In this document: in pieces, positions 32,801 to 44,800 of the stretch
Position numbering within the stretch: position 1 is the stretch's first letter
Layout: every line of letters begins with the position of its first letter
DNA from: Tubulanus polymorphus
Lineage: Eukaryota; Animalia; Nemertea
Assembly: GCF_964204645.1 (NCBI RefSeq)
Contig: NC_134036.1
Span: forward strand, 7,389,434 to 7,453,433
Length of the DNA: 64,000 nt
Direction of reading: 5' to 3'
Notes under the pieces: generated by a model
What the model was told of the DNA's origin: nothing
The model's input: only the letters and a program-made list of their open reading frames with translations
The model's database searches: none
Translations under genes and position numbers: made by a program

Positions 32801-35800
32801 GGTCGGTCGTCCATCCGTTCGTCAGTGTGCCGGCGGTGGTTGTTCGAAAAACGACTAAGTGCTGACCGGGCCTTGAATCAGCGTTACGACCCGGTGCAGT
32901 GAGGGAGGGAGGGAGGGAGGCAGTAGGTCGGTCGTCCATCCGTTCGTCAGTGTGCCGGCGGTGGTAGTTCGAAAAACGACTAAGTGCTGACCGGGCCTTG
33001 ATCAGCGTTACGACCCGGTGCAGTGAGTGAGGGAGGGAGGCAGTAGGTCGGTCGTCCATCCGTTCGTCAGTGTGCCGGCGGGGGTAGTTCGAAAAACGAC
33101 TAAGTGCTGACCGGGCCTTGATCAGCGTTACGACCCGGTGCAGTGAGGGAGGGAGGGAGGCAGTAGGTCGGTCGTCCGTCCGTCGTCAGTGTGCCGGCGG
33201 TGGTTGTTCGAAAAACGACTATGTGCTGACCGGGCCTTGATCAGCGTTACGACCCGGTGCAGTTAGGGAGGGAGGGAGGGAGGCAGTAGGTCCGTCGTCC
33301 GCCCGTTAGTCAGTGTGTCGGCGGTTGTTGTTCGAAAAACGACTAAGTGCTGACCGGGCATGAACAGCGTTACGACCCGGCACCGGTCAGGAAGGGAGGG
33401 AGGGTGGCAGTAGGACGGTCGTCCGTTCGTTCGTCAGTGTGCCGGCGGTGGTAGTTCGAAAACGACAAAGTGCTGACCGGGCCTTGATCAGCGTTACGAC
33501 CCGGTGCAGTGAGGGAGGGAGGGAGGGAGCAGTAGGTCGGTCGTCCATCCGTTCGTCAGTGTGCCGGCGGTGGTAGTTCGAAAAACGACTAAGTGCTGAC
33601 CGGGCCTTGATCAGCGTTACGACCCGGTGCAGTGAGGGAGGGAGGGAGGCAGTAGGTCGGTCGTCCGTCCGTTCGTCAGTGTGCCGGCGGTGGTTGTTCG
33701 AAAAACGACTATGTGCTGACCGGGCCTTGATCAGCGTTACGACCCGGTGCAGTTAGGGAGGGAGGGAGGGAGGAACTAGGACAGTCGTCCGCCCGTTAGT
33801 CAGTGTGTCGGCGGTTGTTGTTCGAAAAACGACTAAGTGCTGACCGGGCCATGAACAGCGTTACGACCCGGCACCGGTCAGGAAGGGAGGGAGGGTGGCA
33901 GTAGGTCGGTCGTCCGTTGTTGGTCAGTGTGCCGGCGGTGGTAGTTCGAAAAACGACTAAGTGCTGACCGGGCCTTGATCAGCGTTTACGACCCGGTGCA
34001 GTGAGGCAGGGTGGGAGGCAGTAGGTCGGTCGTCCGTCCGTTCGTCAGTGTGCCGGCGGTGGTAGTTCGAAAAACGACTAAGTGCTGACCGGGCCATGAA
34101 CAGCGTTACGACCCGGCACCGGTCAGGAAGGGAGGGAGGGTGGCAGTAGGTCGGTCGTCCATCCGTTCGTCAGTGTGCCGGCGGTGGTAGTTCGAAAAAC
34201 GACTAAGTGCTGACCGGGCCTTGATCAGCGTTACGACCCGGTACAGTGAGGGAGGAGGGAGGCAGTAGGTCGGTCGTCCGTCCGTTCGTCAGTGTGCCGG
34301 CGGTGGTTGTTCGAAAAACGACTAAGTGCTGACCGGGTTATGATCAGCGTTACGACCCGGTGCAGTGAGGGAGGGAGGGGAGGGGAGGCAGTAGGTCGGT
34401 CGTCCATCCGTTCGTCAGTGTGCCGGCGATGGTTGTTCGAAAACGACTAAGTGCTGACCGGGCCTTGATCAGCGTTACGACCCGGTGCAGTGAGGAGGGA
34501 GGGAGGAGGCAGTAGGTCGGTCGTCCATCCGTTCGTCAGTGTGCCGGCGGTGGTTGTTCGAAAAACGACTAAGTGCTGACCGGGCCATGATCAGCGTTAC
34601 GACCCGGTGCAGTGAGGGAGGGAGGGAGGCACTAGGACAGTCGTCCGCCCGTTAGTCAGTGTGTCGGCGGTTGTTGTTCGAAAAACGACTAAGTGCTGAC
34701 CGGGCCTTGATCAGCGTTACGAACCCGGTGCAGTGAGGGAGGGAGGGAGGCAGTAGGTCGGTCGTCCGTCCGTTCGTCAGTGTGCCGGCGGTGGTTGTTC
34801 GAAAAACGACTATGTGCTGACCGGGCCTTGATCAGCGTTACGACCCGGTGCAGTTAGGGAGGGAGGGAGGGAGGAACTAGGACAGTCGTCCGCCCGTTAG
34901 TCAGTGTGTCGGCGGTTGTTGTTCGAAAAAACGACTAAGTGCTGACCGGGCCATGAACAGCGTTACGACCCGGCACCGGTCAGGAAGGGAGGGAGGGTGG
35001 CAGTAGGTCGGTCGTCCGTTCGTTGGTCAGTGTGCCGGCGGTGGTAGTTCGAAAACGACTAAGTGCTGACCGGGGCCTTGATCAGCGTTACGACCCGGAG
35101 CAGTGAGGGAGGGAGGGAGGCAGTAGGTCGGTCGTCCGTCCGTTCGCCAGTGAGCCGGCGGTGGTTGTTCGAAAAACGACTAATTGCTGACCGGGCCTTG
35201 ATCAGCGTTACGACCCGGAGCATTGAGGGAGGGAGGGAGGCAGTAGGTCGGTCGTCCGTCCGTTTGTCAGTGTGGCGGCAGTGATGGTTGTTCGAAAAAC
35301 GACTAAGGGCTGACCGGGCCATGAACAGCGTTACGACCCGGCACCGGTCAGGAAGGGAGGGAGGGTGGCAGTAGGTCGGTCGTCCGTCCGTTCGTCAGTG
35401 TGCCGGCGGTGGTTGTTCGAAAAACGACTAAGTGCTGACCGGGCCTTGATCAGCGTTACGACCCGGTGCAGTGAGGGAGGGAGGGAGGCAGTAGGTCGGT
35501 CGTCCGTCCGTTCGTCAGTGTGCCGGCGGTGTTGTTCGAAAAACGACTAAGTGCTGACCGGGCCTTGATCAGCGTTACGACCCGGTGCAGTGAGGGAGGG
35601 AGGGAGGCAGTAGGTCGGTCGTCCGTCCGTTCGTCAGTGTGCCGGCGGGGGTAGTTCGAAAAACGACTAAGTGCTGACCGGGCCTTGATCAGCGTTACGA
35701 CCCGGTGCAGTGAGGAGGGAGGGAGGCAGTAGGTCGGTCGTCCGTCCGTTCGTCAGTGTGCCGGCGGTGGTTGTTCGAAAAACGACTATGTGCTGACCGG

Positions 35801-38800
35801 GCCTTGATCAGCGTTACGACCCGGTGCAGTTAGGGAGGGAGGGGAGGGAGGCAGTAGGTCCGTCGTCCGCCCGTTAGTCAGTGTGTCGGCGGTTGTTGTT
35901 CGAAAAACGACTAAGTGCTGACCGGGCCATGAACAGCGTTACGACCCGGCACCGGTCAGGAAGGGAGGGAGGGTGGCAGTAGGACGGTCGTCCGTTCGTT
36001 CGTCAGTGTGCCGGCGGTGGTAGTTCGAAAAACGACTAAGTGCTGACCGGGCCTTGATCAGCGTTACGACCCGGTGCAGTGAGGGAGGGAGGGAGGGAGG
36101 CAGTAGGTCGGTCGTCCATCCATTCGTCAGTGTGCCGGCGGTGGTAGTTCGAAAAACGACTAAGTGCTGACCGGGCCTTGATCAGCGTTACGACCCGGTG
36201 CAGTGAGGGAGGGAGGGAGGCAGTAGGTCGGTCGTCCGTCCGTTCGTCAGTGTGCCGGCGGTGGTTGTTCGAAAAACGACTATGTGCTGACCGGGCCTTG
36301 ATCAGCGTTACGACCCGGTGCAGTTAGGGAGGGAGGGAGGGAGGAACTAGGACAGTCGTCGCCCGTTAGTCAGTGTGTCGGCGGTTGTTGTTCGAAAAAC
36401 GACTAAGTGCTGACCGGGCCATGAACAGCGTTACGACCCGGCACCGGTCAGGAAGGAGGGAGGGTGGCAGTAGGTCGGTCGTCCGTTCGTTGGTCAGTGT
36501 GCCGGCGGTGGTAGTTGAAAAACGACTAAGTGCTGACCGGGCCTTGATCAGCGTTACGACCCGTTGCAGTGAGGCAGGGTGGGAGGCAGTAGGTCGGTCG
36601 TCCGTCCGTTCGTCAGTGTGCCGGCGGTGGTAGTTCGAAAAACGACTAAGTGCTGACCGGGCCATGAACAGCGTTACGACCCGGCACCGGTCAGGAAGGG
36701 AGGGAGGGTGGCAGTAGGTCGGTCGTCCATCCGTTCGTCAGTGTGCGGCGGTGGTAGTTCGAAAAACGACTAAGTGCTGACCGGGCCTTGATCAGCGTTA
36801 CGACCCGGTACAGTGAGGGAGGGAGGAGGCAGTAGGTCGGTCGTCCGTCCGTTCGTCAGTGTGCCGGCGGTGGTTGTTCGAAAACGACTAAGTGCTGACC
36901 GGGTTATGATCAGCGTTACGACCCGGTGCAGTGAGGGAGGGAGGGAGGGAGGCAGTAGGTCGGTCGTCCATCCGTTCGTCAGTGTGCCGGCGATGGTTGT
37001 TCGAAAAACGACTAAGTGCTGACCGGGCCTTGATCAGCGTTACGACCCGGTGCAGTGAGGGAGGGAGGGAGGCACTAGGACAGTCGTCCGCCCGTTAGTC
37101 AGTGTGCCGGCGGTGGTTGTTCGAAAAACGACTAAGTGCTGACCGGGCCTTGATCAGCGTTACGACCCGGCACCGGTCAGGGAGGGAGGAGGGAGGCAGT
37201 AGGTCGGTCGTCCGTCCGTTCGTCACTGTGCCGGCGGTGGTAGTTTCGAAAAACGACTAAGTGCTGACCGGGCCTTGATCAGCGTTACGACCCGGAGCAT
37301 TGAGGGAGGGAGGGAGGGAGGCAGTAGGTCGGTCGTCCGTCCGTTTGTCAGTGTGCCGGCAGTGATGGTTGTTCGAAAAAATGACTAAGGGCTGACCGGG
37401 CCTTGATCAGCGTTACGACCCGGCGCTGGTCAGGGCGGGAGGGAGGGAGGCAGTAGGTCGGTCGTCCATCCGTTCGTCAGTGTGCCGGCGGTGGTAGTTC
37501 GAAAAACGACTAAGTGCTGACCGGGCCATGATCAGCGTTACGACCCGGTGCAGTGAGGGAGGGAGGGAGGCACTAGGACAGTCGTCCGCCCGTTAGTCAG
37601 TGTGTCGGCGGTTGTTGTTCGAAAAACGACTAAGTGCTGACCGGGCCTTGATCAGCGTTACGACCCGGTGCAGTGAGGGAGGGAGGGAGGCAGTAGGTCG
37701 GTCGTCCGTCCGTTTGTCAGTGTGCCGGCAGTGATGGTTGTTCGAAAAACGACTAAGTGCTGACCGGGCCTTGATCAGCGTTACGACCCGGTGCAGTGAG
37801 GGAGGGAGGGAGGCAGTAGGTTGTTCGTCCGTCCGTTCGTCAGTGTGCCGGCGGTGGTTGTTCGAAAAATGACTAAGGGCTGACCGGGCCTTGATCAGCG
37901 TTACGACCCGGAGCATTGAGGGAGGGAGGGAGGCAGTAGGTCGGTCGTCCATCCGTTCGTCAGTGTGCCGGCGGTGGTAGTTCGAAAAACGACTAAGTGC
38001 TGACCGGGCCTAGATCAGCGTTACGACCCGGTGCAGTGAGGGAGGGAGGGAGGCAGTAGGTCGGTCGTCCGTCCGGTCGTCAGTGTGCCGGCGGTGGTTG
38101 TTCGAAAAACGACTAAGTGCTGACCGGGCCATGAACAGCGTTACGACCCGGCACCGGTCAGGAAGGGAGGGAGGGTGGCAGTAGGTCGGTCGTCCGTCCG
38201 TTCGTCAGTGTGCCGGCGGTGGTTGTTCGAAAAACGACTTAGTGCTGACCGGGCCTTGATCAGCGTTACGACCCGGAGCAGTGAGGGAGGGAGGGAGGCA
38301 GTAGGTCGGTCGTCCGTCCGTTCGCCAGTGAGCCGGCGGTGGTTGTTCGAAAAACGACTAAGTGCTGACTGGGCCTTGATCAGCGTTACGACCCGGAGCA
38401 TTGAGGGAGGGAGGGAGGCAGTAGGTCGGTCGTCCGTCCGTTTGTCAGTGTGCCGGCAGTGATGGTTGTTCGAAAAACGACTAAGGGCTGACCGGGCCAT
38501 GAACAGCGTTACGACCCGGCACCGGTCAGGAAGGGAGGGAGGGTGGCAGTAGGTCGGTCGTCCGTCCGTTCGTCAGTGTGCCGGCGGTGGTTGTTCGAAA
38601 AACGACTAAGTGCTGACCGGGCCTTGATCAGCGTTACGACCCGGTGCAGTGAGGGAGGGAGGGAGGCAGTAGGTCGGTCGTCCGTCCGTTCGTCAGTGTG
38701 CCGGCGGTGGTTGTTCGAAAAACGCCTAAGTGCTGACCGGATCTTGATCAGCGTTACGACCCGGTGCAGTGAGGGAGGGAGGGAGGGAGGCAGTAGGTCG

Positions 38801-41800
38801 GTCGTCCATCCGTTCGTCAGTGTGCCGGCGGTGGTTGTTCGAAAAACGACTAAGTGCTGACCGGGCCTTGATCAGCGTTACGACCCGGTGCAGTGAGGGA
38901 GGGAGGGAGGGAGGCAGTAGGTCGGTCGTCCATCCGTTCGTCAGTGTGCCGGCGGTGGTAGTTCGAAAAACGACTAAGTGCTGACCGGGCCTTGATCAGC
39001 GTTACGACCCGGTGCAGTGAGTGAGGGAGGGAGGCAGTAGGTCGGTCGTCCATCCGTTCGTCAGTGTGCCGGCGGGGGTAGTTCGAAAAACGACTAAGTG
39101 CTGACCGGGCCTTGATCAGCGTTACGACCCGGTGCAGTGAGGGAGGGAGGGAGGCAGTAGGTCGGTCGTCCGTCCGTTCGTCAGTGTGCCGGCGGTGGTT
39201 GTTCGAAAAACGACTATGTGCTGACCGGGCCTTGATCAGCGTTACGACCCGGTGCAGTTAGGGAGGGAGGGAGGGAGGCAGTAGGTCCGTCGTCCGCCCG
39301 TTAGTCAGTGTGTCGGCGGTTGTTGTTCGAAAAACGACTAAGTGCTGACCGGGCCATGAACAGCGTTACGACCCGGCACCGGTCAGGAAGGGAGGGAGGG
39401 TGGCAGTAGGACGGTCGTCCGTTCGTTCGTCAGTGTGCCGGCGGTGGTAGTTCGAAAAACGACTAAGTGCTGACCGGGCCTTGATCAGCGTTACGACCCG
39501 GTGCAGTGAGGGAGGGAGGGAGGCAGTAGGTCGGTCGTCCATCCGTTCGTCAGTGTGCCGGCGGTGGTAGTTCGAAAAACGACTAAGTGCTGACCGGGCC
39601 TTGATCAGCGTTACGACCCGGTGCAGTGAGGGAGGGAGGGAGGCAGTAGGTCGGTCGTCCGTCCGTTCGTCAGTGTGCCGGCGGTGGTTGTTCGAAAAAC
39701 GACTATGTGCTGACCGGGCCTTGATCAGCGTTACGACCCGGTGCAGTTAGGGAGGGAGGGAGGGAGGAACTAGGACAGTCGTCCGCCCGTTAGTCAGTGT
39801 GTCGGCGGTTGTTGTTCGAAAAACGACTAAGTGCTGACCGGGCCATGAACAGCGTTACGACCCGGCACCGGTCAGGAAGGGAGGGAGGGTGGCAGTAGGT
39901 CGGTCGTCCGTTCGTTGGTCAGTGTGCCGGCGGTGGTAGTTCGAAAAACGACTAAGTGCTGACCGGGCCTTGATCAGCGTTACGACCCGGTGCAGTGAGG
40001 CAGGGTGGGAGGCAGTAGGTCGGTCGTCCGTCCGTTCGTCAGTGTGCCGGCGGTGGTAGTTCGAAAAACGACTAAGTGCTGACCGGGCCATGAACAGCGT
40101 TACGACCCGGCACCGGTCAGGAAGGGAGGGAGGGTGGCAGTAGGTCGGTCGTCCATCCGTTCGTCAGTGTGCCGGCGGTGGTAGTTCGAAAAACGACTAA
40201 GTGCTGACCGGGCCTTGATCAGCGTTACGACCCGGTACAGTGAGGGAGGGAGGGAGGCAGTAGGTCGGTCGTCCGTCCGTTCGTCAGTGTGCCGGCGGTG
40301 GTTGTTCGAAAAACGACTAAGTGCTGACCGGGTTATGATCAGCGTTACGACCCGGTGCAGTGAGGGAGGGAGGGAGGGAGGCAGTAGGTCGGTCGTCCAT
40401 CCGTTCGTCAGTGTGCCGGCGATGGTTGTTCGAAAAACGACTAAGTGCTGACCGGGCCTTGATCAGCGTTACGACCCGGTGCAGTGAGGGAGGGAGGGAG
40501 GGAGGCAGTAGGTCGGTCGTCCATCCGTTCGTCAGTGTGCCGGCGGTGGTTGTTCGAAAAACGACTAAGTGCTGACCGGGCCATGATCAGCGTTACGACC
40601 CGGTGCAGTGAGGGAGGGAGGGAGGCACTAGGACAGTCGTCCGCCCGTTAGTCAGTGTGTCGGCGGTTGTTGTTCGAAAAACGACTAAGTGCTGACCGGG
40701 CCATGAACAGCGTTACGACCCGGCACCGGTCAGGGAGGATGGGAGGGAGGCAGTAGGTCGGTCGTCCGTCCGTTCGTCATTGTGCCGGCGGTGGTTGTTC
40801 GAAAAACGACTAAGTGCTGAGCGGGCCTTGATCAGCGTTACGACCCGGTGCAGTGAGGGAGGGAGGGAGGCACTAGGACAGTCGTCCGCCCGTTAGTCAG
40901 TGTGTCGGCGGTTGTTGTTCGAAAAACGACTAAGTGCTGACCGGGCCTTGATCAGCGTTACGACCCGGCACCGGTCAGGGAGGGAGGGAGGGAGGCAGTA
41001 GGTCGGTCGTCCGTCCGTTCGTCAGTGTGCCGCTGGTGGTTGTTCGAAAAACGACTAAGTTCTGACCGGGCCTTGATCAGCGTTACGACCCGGAGCATTG
41101 AGGGAGGGAGGGAGGCAGTAGGTCGGTCGTCCGTCCGTTTGTCAGTGTGCCGGCAGTGATGGTTGTTCGAAAAAATGACTAAGGGCTGACCGGGCCTTGA
41201 TCAGCGTTACGACCCGGCGCTGGTCAGGGCGGGAGGGAGGGAGGCAGTAGGTCGGTCGTCCATCCGTTCGTCAGTGTGCCGGCGGTGGTAGTTCGAAAAA
41301 CGACTAAGTACTGACCGGGCCTAGATCAGCGTTACGACCCGGTGCAGTGAGGGAGGGAGGGAGGCAGTAGGTCGGTCGTCCGTCCGGTCGTCAGTGTGCC
41401 GGCGGTGGTTGTTCGAAAAACGACTAAGTGCTGACCGGGCCATGATCAGCGTTACGACCCGGTGCAGTGAGGGAGGGAGGGAGGAACTAGGACAGTCGTC
41501 CGCCCGTTAGTCAGTGTGTCGGCGGTTGTTGTTCGAAAAACGACTAAGTGCTGACCGGGCCTTGATCAGCGTTACGACCCGGCGCAGTGAGGGAGGGAGG
41601 GAGGGAGGCAGTAGGTCGGTCGTCCATCCGTTCGTCAGTGTGCCGGCGGTGGTTGTTCGAAAAACGACTAAGTGCTGACCGGGCCTTGATCAGCGTTACG
41701 ACCCGGTGCAGTGAGGGAGGGAGGGAGGCAGTAGGTCGGTCGTCCATCCGTTCGTCAGTGTGCCGGCGGTGGTAGTTCGAAAAACGACTAAGTGCTGACC

Positions 41801-44800
41801 GGGCCTTGATCAGCGTTACGACCCGGTGCAGTGAGGGAGGGAGGGAGGGAGGCAGTAGGTCGGTCGTCCATCCGTTCGTCAGTGTGCCGGCGGTGGTTGT
41901 TCGAAAAACGACTAAGTGCTGACCGGGCCATGATCAGCGTTACGACCCGGTGCAGTGAGGGAGGGAGGGAGGCACTAGGACAGTCGTCCGCCCGTTAGTC
42001 AGTGTGTCGGCGGTTGTTGTTCGAAAAACGACTAAGTGCTGACCGGGCCATGAACAGCGTTACGACCCGGCACCGGTCAGGGAGGGAGGCAGTAGGTCGG
42101 TCGTCCGTCCGTTCGTCATTGTGCCGGCGGTGGTAGTTCGAAAAACGACTAAGTGCTGACCGGGCCTTGATCAGCGTTACGACCCGGAGCATTGAGGGAG
42201 GGAGGGAGGGAGGCAGTAGGTCGGTCGTCCGTCCGTTTGTCAGTGTGCCGGCAGCGATGGTTGTTCGAAAAATGACTAAGGGCTGACCGGGCCTTGATCA
42301 GCGTTACGACCCGGAGCATTGAGGGAGGGAGGGAGGCAGTAGGTCGGTCGTCCATCCGTTCGTCAGTGTGCCGGCGGTGGTAGTTCGAAAAACGACTAAG
42401 TGCTGACCGGGCCTAGATCAGCGTTACGACCCGGTGCAGTGAGGGAGGGAGGGAGGCAGTAGGTCGGTCGTCCGTCCGGTCGTCAGTGTGCCGGCGGTGG
42501 TTGTTCGAAAAACGACTAAGTGCTGACCGGGCCATGAACAGCGTTACGACCCGGCACCGGTCAGGAAGGGAGGGAGGGTGGCAGTAGGTCGGTCGTCCGT
42601 CCGTTCGTCAGTGTGCCGGCGGTGGTTGTTCGAAAAACGACTTAGTGCTGACCGGGCCTTGATCAGCGTTACGACCCGGAGCAGTGAGGGAGGGAGGGAG
42701 GCAGTAGGTCGGTCGTCCGTCCGTTCGCCAGTGAGCCGGCGGTGGTTGTTCGAAAAACGACTAATTGCTGACCGGGCCTTGATCAGCGTTACGACCCGGA
42801 GCATTGAGGGAGGGAGGGAGGCAGTAGGTCGGTCGTCCGTCCGTTTGTCAGTGTGCCGGCAGTGATGGTTGTTCGAAAAACGACTAAGGGCTGACCGGGC
42901 CATGAACAGCGTTACGACCCGGCACCGGTCAGGAAGGGAGGGAGGGTGGCAGTAGGTCGGTCGTCCGTCCGTTCGTCAGTGTGCCGGCGGTGGTTGTTCG
43001 AAAAACGACTAAGTGCTGACCGGGCCTTGATCAGCGTTACGACCCGGTGCAGTGAGGGAGGGAGGGAGGCAGTAGGTCGGTCGTCCGTCCGTTCGTCAGT
43101 GTGCCGGCGGTGGTTGTTCGAAAAACGACTAAGTGCTGACCGGGCCTTGATCAGCGTTACGACCCGGTGCAGTGAGGGAGGGAGGGAGGCAGTAGGTCGG
43201 TCGTCCATCCGTTCGTCAGTGTGCCGGCGGGGGTAGTTCGAAAAACGACTAAGTGCTGACCGGGCCTTGATCAGCGTTACGACCCGGTGCAGTGAGGGAG
43301 GGAGGGAGGCAGTAGGTCGGTCGTCCGTCCGTTCGTCAGTGTGCCGGCGGTGGTTGTTCGAAAAACGACTATGTGCTGACCGGGCCTTGATCAGCGTTAC
43401 GACCCGGTGCAGTTAGGGAGGGAGGGAGGGAGGCAGTAGGTCCGTCGTCCGCCCGTTAGTCAGTGTGTCGGCGGTTGTTGTTCGAAAAACGACTAAGTGC
43501 TGACCGGGCCATGAACAGCGTTACGACCCGGCACCGGTCAGGAAGGGAGGGAGGGTGGCAGTAGGACGGTCGTCCGTTCGTTCGTCAGTGTGCCGGCGGT
43601 GGTAGTTCGAAAAACGACTAAGTGCTGACCGGGCCTTGATCAGCGTTACGACCCGGTGCAGTGAGGGAGGGAGGGAGGGAGGCAGTAGGTCGGTCGTCCA
43701 TCCATTCGTCAGTGTGCCGGCGGTGGTAGTTCGAAAAACGACTAAGTGCTGACCGGGCCTTGATCAGCGTTACGACCCGGTGCAGTGAGGGAGGGAGGGA
43801 GGCAGTAGGTCGGTCGTCCGTCCGTTCGTCAGTGTGCCGGCGGTGGTTGTTCGAAAAACGACTATGTGCTGACCGGGCCTTGATCAGCGTTACGACCCGG
43901 TGCAGTTAGGGAGGGAGGGAGGGAGGAACTAGGACAGTCGTCCGCCCGTTAGTCAGTGTGTCGGCGGTTGTTGTTCGAAAAACGACTAAGTGCTGACCGG
44001 GCCATGAACAGCGTTACGACCCGGCACCGGTCAGGAAGGGAGGGAGGGTGGCAGTAGGTCGGTCGTCCGTTCGTTGGTCAGTGTGCCGGCGGTGGTAGTT
44101 CGAAAAACGACTAAGTGCTGACCGGGCCTTGATCAGCGTTACGACCCGTTGCAGTGAGGCAGGGTGGGAGGCAGTAGGTCGGTCGTCCGTCCGTTCGTCA
44201 GTGTGCCGGCGGTGGTAGTTCGAAAAACGACTAAGTGCTGACCGGGCCATGAACAGCGTTACGACCCGGCACCGGTCAGGAAGGGAGGGAGGGTGGCAGT
44301 AGGTCGGTCGTCCATCCGTTCGTCAGTGTGCCGGCGGTGGTAGTTCGAAAAACGACTAAGTGCTGACCGGGCCTTGATCAGCGTTACGACCCGGTACAGT
44401 GAGGGAGGGAGGGAGGCAGTAGGTCGGTCGTCCGTCCGTTCGTCAGTGTGCCGGCGGTGGTTGTTCGAAAAACGACTAAGTGCTGACCGGGTTATGATCA
44501 GCGTTACGACCCGGTGCAGTGAGGGAGGGAGGGAGGGAGGCAGTAGGTCGGTCGTCCGTCCGTTCGTCAGTGTGCCGGCGGTGGTAGTTCGAAAAACGAC
44601 TAAGTGCTGACCGGGCCTTGATCAGCGTTACGACCCGGAGCATTGAGGGAGGGAGGGAGGGAGGCAGTAGGTCGGTCGTCCGTCCGTTTGTCAGTGTGCC
44701 GGCAGTGATGGTTGTTCGAAAAAATGACTAAGGGCTGACCGGGCCTTGATCAGCGTTACGACCCGGCGCTGGTCAGGGCGGGAGGGAGGGAGGCAGTAGG

